Source: Rhina ancylostomus
Lineage: Eukaryota
DNA length: 64,000 nucleotides
Assembly: GCA_030265395.1 (NCBI GenBank)
Contig: JARFYF010000094.1
Coordinates: 92,994,507-93,058,506, forward strand
Reading direction: 5' to 3'
Positions 41,370 through 53,832 of this stretch are shown in pieces. Under the pieces are notes generated by a model. It saw only the letters and a program-made list of their open reading frames with translations. It made no database searches and was not told where the DNA came from. Numbering within the stretch: position 1 is the first letter of the stretch; the number at the start of each line of letters is the position of its first letter. A program made the position numbers and the translations under genes.

Positions 41370-41606
41370 GCATTGTATCAACAGTGGTTCTATGGAGACA
41401 ACACAATACTTGAAATGATTGAGAAGAAGCGCAGTTTGTGTAAAGAGATCAAGTCACGCCAGAAGCCAGATAAAGGTCTTTGTAAACAAGACAGCATGCC
41501 CATCCTTCCAAGCTGGAAGAAAAACAGTGCAACAACAAAGAATCTGAAACTGTCGGCATCACCCTGTACAAAACCACAGACTGTTCTCTGGGACACAGCA
41601 ATCTGA
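41370..41606 (+). CDS. NYAP2: NYAP2 last coding exon (long isoform): ALYQQWFYGDNTILEMIEKKRSLCKEIKSRQKPDKGLCKQDSMPILPSWKK...QTVLWDTAI*
   Basis: Strong pyrimidine tract and cccAG acceptor ending 41369; phase 0 matches the donor at 16027; TGA ends 41606. The CKEIK...GLCKQ(D/E)SMPILPSW...WDTAI pattern is the NYAP1/NYAP2 C-terminus. Confidence 0.92.
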   Translation, partial: ALYQQWFYGDNTILEMIEKKRSLCKEIKSRQKPDKGLCKQDSMPILPSWKKNSATTKNLKLSASPCTKPQTVLWDTAI

Positions 41607-42570
41607 CAAAGTCCTCTGTGAAGCATGCTTCCCCCAAGGTTTAGACCTCTAACCATTACAGGCACCCTCCAAGAATAATTTCCTAGATGACTGTTGTTCG
41701 ACCTTTGACATCCATATCGGTTTGCCCACCTGGACCCTTCAGTTCTGTCAGCTCAAACGATTCAGTTGCCTTGAGGAGACCATGGTTCACTGTGACTGGC
41801 GCCAACATGTCACATGACAGATGCTGAGCCAATTACCATGCCGATCAACCGTGGCAGCGACCCAGGTTCAAGCTGCCTTATAGAAGCACTGTTGTGAAAT
41901 AATATTTAAAAGTAATATTGCTATAACAATAAATAATGAAACAGCTGTGCTGTTATGTGAATGGATTTTAATATAATTAATTTTATTGTCAGCTTTTAAG
42001 AAATTGCAATCAATCAGAGGCAGGCATGAGAGGAGGTGGTTGGTAGAGGGAGCTTGATTCTTGACCACCAAAGGGGAATATCTCCTCTGTGCACTGTGTG
42101 TAACAAAACCATAAGCCTGTTCTTTAGCAAGAGATTTGCAATGGTGTTGCACGGTGAGCACATATGGGATATTCTCTGCCTGTTCTAAATATTTTGTTCT
42201 ATGAGCACTTTTTTATCCTGTTTCAAAAACAAAGGGAAGATGAGTCCCAATGGTCATTCAGTCTGCAGGAGAATGCAGACATCCACCTCTTTAGTTACTG
42301 ATAAATTTCAGCAGAATGCCATCCTGCTCTGCAGAACTCTCTTAGTGGGAGTAGCAGTTGCTTTCCTATGCAAACACCAGTAGAGTTTGGTACGTTTTAA
42401 CATTGCCTACTACACAGCCCTGCTCCTCTCTCTGGTCTGCACTAATTGATAATGAATTTTTAAAAAGGAAAATTTATCAAATGCTCAAAGCACTAGGGTA
42501 AAAATCTTTTAACACTGAACTATTGGGGTTTAGGTTTGAATTTTTGTATACGACTCAACAATGGGACCTA

Positions 42571-42800
42571 GGCGAGATTTTCCTTTTCTATGCCCACATG
42601 CAGTGGATCATCTGGGACGCTGGGAAATCAGATACATCAGAATGCACACCTTATAATGGGGTCCATCTGATTTAACTATTTAAATCAAGGAAATTCAGAC
42701 TGATTCTTTCCCAGGTGTTTTTTTTTCCCAGCTGATTATACAACTTTTGTTGGGCCTGGGCACATTAGCACAGTTGGTGTGAACTCAGGAAAATCTCCCC
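42571..42800. mobile_element. MITE with 14-bp terminal inverted repeats, TA on both sides
   Basis: ggcgagattttcct (42571-42584) vs aggaaaatctcccc (42787-42800), 13/14 complementary; internal inverse ctgggaaatcag / ctgattctttcccag. Confidence 0.65.
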
Positions 42801-43055
42801 TACCTTGCTCAGAATCTGTGCAATGTAATCTCAGTAGAGGCTGTTTGTTCAAAACCTGTTGAAAAGTAAACAGGAGGAGTTGAAGGCTTTCAAATATTTT
42901 TTACTGATGTGTATTGACCTATGATATATCTATATATAAATATATATATATATATAATTATGATGTTATTGTCTCGTATTCACTTTTCTTGAATTTTAAT
43001 AGTATAATTGAATATAGTGTGAACTTTATAGTATTTTTGTGTAAAGCACACTGTG

Positions 43056-43061
43056 AATAAA
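43056..43061 (+). terminator. Candidate distal polyadenylation signal AATAAA
   Basis: Canonical hexamer at the end of an AU-rich UTR-like segment. Confidence 0.5.
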
Positions 43062-43094
43062 AAGAGAAAAAAAGCACAGTCAAGGCACACCTAA

Positions 43095-43830
43095 AGATTA
43101 TCACAGTCAGTGCATGCATCTCAACTGAGATCATAATTTTACAACAATTCCATAGTGCATAAATCATGTATCAATCATAGTCCATGCACTCAACAAAATC
43201 CATAAACCTGGCACCAGTCAAGATACATACATTCAACAAAAGCCAAACTGCATATTGTCAAATCACATTATATAGCCTCATCACCTATTATTCTATGTAT
43301 ACTCATCATCATTCATAGTGCCTTTATCCAACGTTGATTTTAGTCTACACAGCCAATAATGATCTTGGTGCATAAATCTAGTAGTTCATAGTTTATACAG
43401 CCAGTAACTATCAGAGAAAGGCCCAACACAAATAATAGAGTATGACCCTAGCACTGACCACAATCACAGTGAGAGCCCCAATATCATTCAGTGATCACAG
43501 ACACACCCCCTTCAATCACTGGCAATATTTACATCCCAACATCATCACTCAAATACACATATTCCTGTATTGATCATAATTAGTGCACATATATAAGTAA
43601 TGAGAAGTTAGTGTGTACATTCCAGTATCTTGATAGGAGTTGTTCTACGTACCCAAACCTTGGTCAAAATTAGTTCACACACTCCAATTCTGATAGAGCC
43701 GCTGCATACAATCCCGATTTAATGAGTATATGTATCCTCATTTTGATCAAATTCATCTCATAAACCCTAAAATCAATCAGAGCCAGGGTAACCACACTAG
43801 GATCACAGCCAGGGCAAACCTAAACATTAT
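43095..43830. repeat. Highly diverged ~30-bp minisatellite
   Basis: tgatca-like unit starts at 43571, 43601, 43631, 43661 and 43691; also pairs at 43099/43129 and 43744/43774. Confidence 0.65.
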
Positions 43831-44137
43831 TCCAGGTACTTAATGCATTCCAAAAATGGATTACATTCAAATGTTAGTCCTCTGTACATTTATCCCAACT
43901 CAATTACTTTTGAGTCATGCACTTCAGCATCCATCACAGCTCGAACAAATATGCCAAGTGGATTACAAATGGTGGGTTACAATCAGTGCATGCACCTCCT
44001 TTCTGTGGCCACAGCGAAACCCATATATCAACCAAGCTTTCACTCACATACAAAGCTAAAGTACAGTGTTGAGTAACTCACTTACTGTGTACACGTGCAT
44101 ACAAGGCATATATAATAACACACAATCAACATAGTTA

Positions 44138-44266
44138 TAACACACACAGATGCATGCACTCTTATGCATGCACACATTTGCACGCGCATGCACACATTTG
44201 CACGCACATGCACACACACGTACAAGCACACGCACGCACACACACACACGCACGCACGCACGCACG
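44138..44266. repeat. (CA)n/(CACG)n microsatellite
   Basis: Direct inspection. Confidence 0.95.
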
Positions 44267-45048
44267 TAGACCTTGTCTTCTCGTCATTTTAAATACCATG
44301 GTATCAGTTTTTATTTTTAGTCAAAATAGTTATTTTAGGCAACTTCAATGAAAACAGTGTTTGAAACAAAATACCTATTCTAATAATTTGATCATTTGTA
44401 TATTTGCAATTTCTTGGATAAAAATTGCAGAGAATCTTTCAGTGGCCTACGAATAATTCAATGTACAGATGTGGACTGAAATGAGTTTCAGTGGTGCAAC
44501 ATGTTCATTCCAGCTCAACTGTTTACAAATAAACCTTACAACGTTGAATGTCCTTTCCAATCCTCAGTGATTTTCATCACAATGTTAATAACAGATATCA
44601 GATTGAAAAAATGTGGACAGGCCAAGGATTCTTGTGAACTTATAGAATGAATGGATGTGTGTGCATTGACTTACTGCCCCCTCATAATAAACATAGAAAT
44701 TTGATATTAAATATTTGTCATATTCCTAATGCTTTTTCTTTTCAATATTTATTGGTGAGTAAAGTTTGGTGGATTAAGCTAGTGATCTGTTTAGGTGGAG
44801 CAGCAAAGTTAGATTTCCAACATTTTGACCTCTACTATAACTGCACACAAGTTCTCAAGCCCAAGATGTACTGTGTACAAGGGTTCTGCTGCTAAAATAG
44901 CATGTAGAAGAATGCATGGGAACACTATCAATGGCAGTTTGCCACTTTCTCCTGCAAGATTGAGGGATGTGTGTGTTCAGTGAGTTACAATATCTACATG
45001 TGCTGTTCCTGCCTTAATTAGGTATATGGAAGTGAGTGAAAGTTGTGA

Positions 45049-45720
45049 GATAGAACATAGAACATTACAGCACAGTACAGGCCCTTCAGCCCATAATGTT
45101 GTGCCAACACTTTAAACTGCTCTAAGATCTATCAAATCCTTCCCTCCCACATAGCCCACCCATTTCNNNNNNNNNNNNNNNNNNNNNNNNNNNNNNNNNN
45201 NNNNNNNNNNNNNNNNNNNNNNNNNNNNNNNNNNNNNNNNNNNNNNNNNNNNNNNNNNNNNNNNNNNNNNNNNNNNNNNNNNNNNNNNNNNNNNNNNNNN
45301 NNNNNNNNNNNNNNNNNNNNNNNNNNNNNNNNNNNNNNNNNNNNNNNNNNNNNNNNNNNNNNNNNNNNNNNNNNNNNNNNNNNNNNNNNNNNNNNNNNNN
45401 NNNNNNNNNNNNNNNNNNNNNNNNNNNNNNNNNNNNNNNNNNNNNNNNNNNNNNNNNNNNNNNNNNNNNNNNNNNCTCTCCAATCCAGGCAGCATCCTGG
45501 TAAATCTCTTCTGCACCCTCTCTAAAGCTTCCACATCCTTCCTATAATGAGGGGACCAGAACTGAACACAATACTTCCAAGTGTGGTCTAACCAAAGTTC
45601 TATAGAGCTGCAACATTATCTCACGGCTCTTGAACTCAATACCCCAACTAATGAAAGCCAATACAGCATATGCTTCTTAACATCCCTATTGACCTGCGTG
45701 GAAACCTTGAGGGACCTATG
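45049..45720 (-). mobile_element. CR1/HER1-like LINE 3' end spanning a gap
   Basis: EALERVQKRFTRMLPGLE; tail atagaacatagaac. Confidence 0.9.
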
Positions 45721-47181
45721 TTGTGCCGAAATGCAAGTGTTCAACTGTTGGATTAGTGATAAGAGTGTGCAGTCGGTATGGATGGAACAGTGCTGTGATC
45801 ACTGACCTGGACTACACATGTGAGTTTATTAAACTTGTTTCTACACTGAGACTCAGTCTTAAGGAAATCAATCCTTTCACTCCTCTCTCCTGCCATCTCT
45901 TCCCACTGCCACTTCATCGCCATCCTGGATGGCTTGCTTTTGCCTTCCAGCATCCAAGAATTCTTTCTAGAATCCACCTCTTCTACAAGAATCAGCATCA
46001 GATAAGAAACACCTGCTCCCATATCATCCTGGGACTCCAGGATGGCATTATAACTTGTAGCAGGTCTCTGGGGTAAAGAACATTTCTCCTTTAAAAGTTG
46101 CATGCATGACCTGTTACTTTAAGCCATATCACAAAACTCCTAAAATTATTCCCCATTATCGTGTACTAAAAGAAGACAGCTAACACTCCTTAAATGCACA
46201 AATCATTGCGTAAATTCCACATACAAATTTCTTGTGCAACAATTTAGTGTGGATCCCCTAGACAATATGATTTTCACAGACATTTTATATGTAAATGAGT
46301 TTATCACATTTTTGCTTTGGGACCTTGCTTTGTGCATATTAGTACACTTGCTATATTACAGCAGTGACCACACTGCAAAGGCACTTCATTGGCTCTGGAA
46401 ACATCTTGGGATAACCTTTTATCATGAAAGATTGTATATAAATGCAAGCCGCTTTCTTCTGTTGAATTTGGCCTTCTGCATTTCTTGCCTCCTTGTTGGT
46501 GGGTTTGCCATTCTCTCCCAATTCTCCTTAAGATCCATTATACTCACATCTACTTTTTTTGGACAATGTCCAAGCTTTCTGACTATACTTCTGTGAACCC
46601 ACACTTCCATCTTCTGTCATATTCTATAAACACCACAAAGTTGTACTTGAATAAATCCAAGAAGTAAATGGTTATGTGCACTGCAGTGGACCATCCCTTT
46701 TAAAGAGGGCTGTCCAAAAAATTCATGATTAAAGAGATTTACAGACCTTCAGTACTTACACAAGTGGAGAATTTCCTTCATTATGTGTAACAAAACCATA
46801 ACTACATTTATGAGAAACAAGCTTTGGACCTAATTGCACATTGCACACAAAGGAATTGTTCCTCAAAGGTTTTATATTGCATAGGGGGGCATGGGTGAAA
46901 TGACACCATTGGATGGATTTTCTAGATAATTTAAGAATTGTGTACTCTATTTGCTGGCAGTAAACAAAACTCAAGTGATCAAAAGTTCATAACACTGGTC
47001 ATCTGGCCTACTCAAACATTAAAATCAATGGGGTAACGTGTGTAGGTTAGCTAGGGATAGAAAGGCACTTCAACAGAAAACATTCATGGAAAAGAGTTTG
47101 ATCTAGAGAAGTGAGCATGTCCATTAGGCAGACCAAGTAGGGGGAGGACAGGGAGTCAATAAGCTAAATTGCAGTTATTAA

Positions 47182-47437
47182 GGGGGTGGCATGGTAGCGT
47201 AACGGTTAGCGTGACGCTATTACAACGCCAGCAATCAGGGGTCGATTCCCGTCACTGTCTGTAAGGAGCTTGTACGTTCTCCCGTGTCTGTGTGGGTTTC
47301 CTCCAGCTGCTCCAGTTTCCTCCCACATTCCAAAGACGTACGGGTAGGTTAATATGGGTTTAAAATGGGCGGCGCAGACTCGTTGGGCCAGAAGGGCCTG
47401 TTACCATGATGTAAATAAAATTTAAAAATTTAAAAAT
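47182..47437 (+). mobile_element. tRNA-derived V-SINE
   Basis: A/B-box head ggtagcgtaacggttagc...gtcgattccc, V-domain, tail taaataaaatttaaaaattt. Confidence 0.88.
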
Positions 47438-48114
47438 GCAAGAAGCCTGACAGGTAAGGCAGATGAACTCAGGGCATGGATTGGCACTCAGGAATTGTGA
47501 TAATATAGCTATTGCCAAAACATCCTGAGGACAGGCAGGGCTGGCAACTCAGTGCTCTGGGGTACAGATGCTTCCAGCATGACAGAGGTAAGAGAGGAGC
47601 AGAAGATGTGATAGCAAAGAGAGTATTACAGCAGTACTTGGAGAGGATATTCCAGGGGAACATCCACCAAGGCCATATGGGTAGAAACTGGAAAGTTATT
47701 GGAAGGGATTCTGAGGGACAGCAGTCATTTATATTTGGAAAGACAAGGACTGAATAGGAATAGTCAGCATGGTTCTGTTCATGGGAAATCATGTCTCAGA
47801 CATTTGAGTTTTTTAAGGAGGTGATGAAGGTAGAGCAATGGACATTGTCTACAAGGCCTTCGACCAAGTCCTGTATGGTAGGCTGTTCTGGAAAGATTGA
47901 TCACTTGGGATCCAGGATGAGATAGCAAATTGGATACAAAATTGGCTGGGGGGTGGGAGGCAGAGATTGGTAGTGCAGAGTTGCTTTTCAGATTGGAGAT
48001 CTGGTAAACAGTGACATGCCGCAGGGATCATTGCTGGGTCCTTCATTGTTTGTTATGGATATTAATGATTAGGAAGAGAATGTAGGTGGAATAACTAATA
48101 AGTATGCAGATAAC

Positions 48115-48191
48115 TGTCACAGTGTTGATCCAGATCAAACTCACAGAGAACCCAAATGCGGCACACCAATACACGACTAGAGTCAGGATAC
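48115..48191 (-). mobile_element. LTR end of the same family as 21822-22340, truncated by a gap
   Basis: The reverse complement gtgtgccgcatttgggttctct...caacactgtgaca matches 22290-22340. Confidence 0.75.
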
Positions 48192-48882
48192 NNNNNNNNN
48201 NNNNNNNNNNNNNNNNNNNNNNNNNNNNNNNNNNNNNNNNNNNNNNNNNNNNNNNNNNNNNNNNNNNNNNNNNNNNNNNNNNNNNNNNNNNNNNNNNNNN
48301 NNNNNNNNNNNNNNNNNNNNNNNNNNNNNNNNNNNNNNNNNNNNNNNNNNNNNNNNNNNNNNNNNNNNNNNNNNNNNNNNNNNNNNNNNNNNNNNNNNNN
48401 NNNNNNNNNNNNNNNNNNNNNNNNNNNNNNNNNNNNNNNNNNNNNNNNNNNNNNNNNNNNNNNNNNNNNNNNNNNNNNNNNNNNNNNNNNNNNNNNNNNN
48501 NNNNNNNNNNNNNNNNNNNNNNNNNNNNNNNNNNNNNNNNNNNNNAAGATTCGCAAGAATGTTGCCTGGATTGGAGGGCTTGAGTTATAAAGAGAGATTG
48601 GATAGGCTGGGACTGTCTTCCCTGGAGCAAAGGAGGCTGTAGGGTGCCCTAATAGAGATTTATAAAATTATGAGGGGCATTGATAGGGTAGATCATCACA
48701 GTCATCTTCCCAGGGTAGGGGAGTGTAAAACCAGAGGGCATAGGTTTAATGTGAGAGGGAACAGGTTAAAGGGGACTTGAGGGACAAGATTGTCGTACAG
48801 AAGGTGGTGGATATATGGAACGAGCTGCCAGAGGAAGTGATAGAAGCAGGTAGAATTATATTGTTTAAATGTCATTTGGACA

Positions 48883-49168
48883 GATAAGATAAGATAATAA
48901 GATAAGAAAATCACATGCACATTGAAACACACAGTGAAATGCATCTTTTGCACTGAGTGTCCTGGGGGCAGCCCGCAAGTCCCGCCATGCTTCTGGCGCC
49001 AACATAGCATGCCCACATCTTTGCTATGTGGGAGGAAACCAGAGCACCCGGAGGAAACCCATGCAGACACTGGCAGAATGTACAAACTCCCTGCAGACAG
49101 GGGCCAGAATTGGGCCACTGGCACTGTAATAGCGTTACGCTAACTGTTACTCTACTGTGCCTGCCCAT
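48883..49168 (-). mobile_element. Young (GATAA)n-tailed SINE inserted in CR1
   Basis: Splits the CR1 sequence ttggacag|gtacatgg. Confidence 0.85.
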
Positions 49169-51582
49169 GGTACATGGACAGGAAAGATTTAGAGGGATAT
49201 GAGCCAGACACAGACAAGTGAGTCTAGCTCGGGTAGGTGCCCTGGTCGGCATGAATGAGTTAAACCAAAGGGCCTGTCTCCCTGCTGTCTAGATCTATGG
49301 ACCTAGCAAACAAATGTAGAACAGATCTTTTGAAGTGTGTGTCCATTGCTGGTCTGGGTTGATTTACTTCATCAGTGCTTCCAACAGCATCTTAGGATCT
49401 CCTCTCACCATAAAGTATAGCTATGCAGTGGATTATAGCTACACTGTAGATCTAGCTAAACTATAGCCTCTCTTCATTTGCACTCTTTCATCCAAACTGG
49501 ACATCCATAACATGGAAATTTTTGAAAGCAGGAAACATTACAACAATGGTTAGGTTTAAGACACCAATTCCAACCTCTGAGGACAGAATGAAATGTTGAG
49601 GAAGATGAAGTGAAAGATATCANNNNNNNNNNNNNNNNNNNNNNNNNNNNNNNNNNNNNNNNNNNNNNNNNNNNNNNNNNNNNNNNNNNNNNNNNNNNNN
49701 NNNNNNNNNNNNNNNNNNNNNNTATGAAAAGCAAGCAGGCTCCTCAGTTTGAACACATCCAACAGAAGACTATTATATACCTTCAATGCCAATGCAACAG
49801 TTTGGACATTTACCCCACAACACATTACAGGAGTGCTGCAGTTCATTCAGGGCTGACATTATCACGAGCAACTAATTTGCTTTGCAATAAGTAATTTCTG
49901 ACAATGTAAATTACTACATTAAACTCTTAAAGGCAATTTAAATGGTAGTATTAGCAGGTTAATGCCAATTGATACATATGTTTAATACTGAAAAGTTCTA
50001 ACTCTAAAACTTTGAATTATATTTCTTATTTTTCTCAACAAACCATAAGAAAAATAAGTTAAAAGTGAAAGCTCTCCTGTGGAACTATTCAGTCCAGGCT
50101 TTGATTCATCTGAAAGTTTTTCCAAGTATCCTGTAATACATTACTGAATTATATTTGATGTGAAATAGGAACTCATATTGCACATACACGAGGATCTAAA
50201 TTCCACACAACTAGGCAGACAACAGAAAGACATTTGTACAATTTGAAAGACGTGGCAGGAGAGAAATAAATGGGAACGGGGACTACAATTTGAATGAGTA
50301 TTGCAATATGGTTGGAATGGACAGCTTTCTGCTGGCACAGATTCTAACCAGAAGGAATAAATTCAGTTTGTTAGTGGGAGGCATTGCTTTACACAACAGA
50401 TCTTAACCATATGTGACAGACCACAATATCAGTATATCTACCTTTGATATTTCCCTGGATGTCAAAAAAACTTTGGGTCTCGAGATTATTGCCGTATAGC
50501 ACAGTATTTTTGTGTGCTATACAGTTCAATTTCAGTGTAAAACAATTGTAAAAGAAAATTCAAAATGCTGCAAATCCCATAAAGCCCATAACTTGCTGTC
50601 TGGGCGCTCCATGCATCTGGTGCATTAGCGTAGGGAGGAGCCCAGAAATTTACAGTGCAATCCCGGATTTTGATCCATGTGTGTATGACACATTGATGAT
50701 CTTCACAGTGCTTGTGAGGGAAGCTGTGTTACTCGTTAATGTGGACCTGCCTATGCACCTCCAGGCTGAATTTCACCCCATCATCTTTTGAAGACCTTAC
50801 CATCAACAATCACTGCCCCCTGCTCCTCTATAACTGGGCCCTCCCCTGATCCCATCCTGTGATCACTTGGACTATCTTCCACAAGCACCCTGCCCATGAT
50901 TACCCCTCAGCAACTATTTGCACTCCCAACCAATACAATGCTTGAGATCTCGATCCTTGCCACCAGATACCAGTCCACCACCCTGAAGCCCAACTCTAGC
51001 CTTTGCTCCCATGTAACTCAGACCTAGGCCCATGTTTTATCAGTTCTCATTTGCACACTCTGCATTGGTGGAGCACATGAAGGAAAGGCCTCTGAATGCA
51101 CAACGTGTGCAAGACCTATTCCAATAACAGGTGGAAATCAATACTGTTATAGAAGCATATTGTACCATATCACTCACTAGTGGAGTGTATTATTTGTAGG
51201 AATCATTCATCATGTCTCTCAGCAGCACATAAGCTGCTGTCTGAAAGTGAACATGATCCAAGCCGCATATTTGACTCTCATACTGTAATTAAGAAACTCT
51301 GATAGCAACATTGTGGCTGTGGTCCAGTCAGTAAAAATCTATACCACATGAATAATGTGAATACTGAACTCTTCTTTAACAAATATTCAACATTTACTTG
51401 ATTGCATGTACCAAATGTATGTAAGATTGTACAATAACTGCACAGTCCTAGCCCATTATGATCTGGAAGGTTGGCAACATTGTGAAGGCACTTAGAATAT
51501 TTAACCAAAATTGTAAATTGACATTCAACAATTTTCTAAAGGGTAAGGATAATGAAGAGAAAATCAGCATTGTAATAATGAA

Positions 51583-52055
51583 TGCACTCAATATCAGCAA
51601 GAGCAAGGAACTGATTGTGGACTTCTGGAAGGGGAAGTCGGGAGAACATGCACCAGTCCTCATTGAGGGGTCAGCAGCGGAAAGGGTGAGCAGCTTCAAG
51701 TTCCTGGTCATCAACATGTCGGAGGATCCATCCTGGGTCCAACACACTGACGCAATCACGAAGAAGGCACACAGAGCAGCTTTACTTCATTAAGAGTTTG
51801 AGAAGATTTGGTATGTCATCAAAGACTCTTGGAAATTTCTATAGATAGATAATAGAGAGCACTCTGACTGTTTGCATCACATCATTGGGGCTCCAATGCA
51901 TAGGATCAAAAGAGGCTGCAGAGGGCTGTAGACTCAGCCAGCTCCATCATGGGCACAATCCTCCACACCATCAAGGAGATCTTCAAGAGGCGGTGCCTCA
52001 ACAAGGCTGCATCCATCATTAAGGACCCTCGCCATCCAGGACATGCCCTCTTCTG
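51583..52055 (+). mobile_element. Rex1/Babar-clade LINE RT fragment
   Basis: LNISKSKELIVDFWKGKSGEHAPVLIEGSAAERVSSFKFL...HTDAITKKAH. Confidence 0.88.
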
Positions 52056-52904
52056 ATTCCGATTTTGTGAATAGGAGAGAAAAGTTCGGAATTTTTCAAC
52101 AGCTAGGAAACAAGGTAATGTGAAAATAAAAGTTCTGACAAAATCTTCAAAAGATTCAGCACATAGCTTGAACAAAATTGACTCATCTGATCCACAGATA
52201 TGAGTTCTAGAGCCTGAGGCAAGAACCAGGTGAGCCTGTTGATGATTTTCTTACAGAGGAAAGATTAGTGGACCAGCTTATTTGCAGCTCAAGATAACAG
52301 CCATGCAATAAGCATTGAACTGTAAGGTGAAGCTCACTCTAGATTCAAACAGAGCTCAGGAAGCTACAAGTAAGGAGATGAGGACCCTGGCAGTTTTGGG
52401 GAAGGAATTAAGGTTGATGGTGTTGGACAAGGGGAAAAAAATAATGAAAATCAGATGATAGAAGGCTCTGCAGGAGCTGTGAGTGATCACATGACTTCAC
52501 AGAGAGAAAGGAATGCCCTGTGATACTGACCAAACTAGATCAACATTAGGAGAATACAAGCAACTCAAAAGTAAAAACATTTAGAGGAACTACAAAAGGA
52601 AGAGTAAAAACCGATTACAAAGAAACAATATTTATTTTGTGGGAAGATAACAGACTGATGGAGGACACACTACATTTTGGAAACATATATCTCCAATCGA
52701 GTGAGTGGATGTGGCACTTTCAAAGAAATGAAATCCACACTACCACCCACATCAGGAAAAGGGTGAGAAACATGCCACAAACATCAACCTCACTCTCATG
52801 CAGGATATAGAAGTGCAAAGTAACATCATACCACTAAGGTTATTTCAAGATATTTTCTCTGAAAACCTGAAAGGAGAGAGGTATCCAAGGAAAAATTTCT
52901 TAAA

Positions 52905-53122
52905 ACTGAAACTTTATTTATACAGCATAGTAACAGGCCCTCTAGCCCAATGCGCCCGCAATGCCCAATTACACCCATGTTAACCTACTAACCCATATGT
53001 CTTTGGAATGTGGGAGGAAGCTGGAGCACCTAGAGGAAACCCATGCAGTCATGGGGAGAACATACAAACTCCTTACAGACAGTGGCGGGAATTGAACCCC
53101 GATCGCTGGCACTGTAATAGCG
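52905..53122 (-). mobile_element. tRNA-derived V-SINE
   Basis: tttggaatgtgggaggaagctggagcacc...ggaattgaacccc. Confidence 0.85.
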
Positions 53123-53734
53123 TCAAGGTCAATGTGATGGCATATGGAAGAGAGATGCACAAAGAGAAACGAGGGAAAGAAGATAGCTGCCGGTTCTGTT
53201 GTGACTGACTAAACTGAGCCACACGGAAGCTGTAACTGGGAAATATATAGTAGAAGTCTTTATTCACACAGCAGATCCTGACACAATGTTTTTATACTGT
53301 TTAAACACAAAGATAACAATAAACAATTAACTACAGTTTCAATGGCTATAATCACCTACTTAATTTTAACATTTGGAATATAGTCAGGTAAATTTGCTGA
53401 AAAGTATTTTTTTGCAAAAAGTATCAATGAGAGAACATCCCAACTAGCAGAACCCCTTTGAATATTCAAAACTGGTGTCCCAAAAGCTTCCAAGCACAAA
53501 CTCCAGGCATCCAAAATATACCTCTTTTGGATTGTGTTGAGGGATGGCTCCATGGATATAAAACTAGCCAGAATACTAAGTGACAAAACAGACCTGTCCT
53601 GAACCATGCATTAAGTGGCAGGGAAATACCTTTAACAATGTGCTAATACAGGAGATGGCCACTTAATGCCTTCCCTGAGCTTATCCTGAAGTTTTCAATG
53701 AGCACCAATTAACATGAATGTTCATCTATTGTCT

Positions 53735-53832
53735 GAAGTCCTGAAGAAGGGTCCTTACCCCAAATGTTGACCGCCTTCTTTCAGCTACTGATATTGCCTG
53801 GCCTACTGAGTCCCTCCAGCATCATCGTGTTT
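53735..53832 (+). mobile_element. 98-bp solo Penelope terminal-repeat insertion with a 14-bp flanking duplication and a hammerhead remnant
   Basis: ttcatctattgtct at 53721-53734 and 53833-53846; the insert starts gaagtc CTGAAGA aggg tcctta ccc CAAA tg TT gac. Confidence 0.8.

Larger units (their letters stand above)
41607..43085 (+). other. Putative 3' UTR of the long NYAP2 isoform
   Basis: Follows the stop codon; AATAAA at 41928-41933 and 43056-43061; a (TA)n tract and U-rich stretch precede the distal signal; composition changes abruptly after ~43085. Confidence 0.55.
47450..49300 (+). mobile_element. Decayed CR1 ORF2 (internally deleted) carrying a nested LTR fragment and a SINE
   Basis: SQHGSVHGKSCL, KAFDQVLYGRL, QGSLLGP and KYAD motifs; 3' end LPGLEGLSYKERL. 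Confidence 0.85.

Noticed and set aside
43571-43720. Regular 30-nt spacing considered as CRISPR-like or a coding repeat
   Set aside because: No identical repeats with unique spacers, no cas genes, a vertebrate context and no open frame.
47182-47255. tRNA-like A/B boxes, also at 28950, 54410 and 63735
   Set aside because: These are SINE heads followed by a V-domain and LINE-like tail, not tRNA genes.
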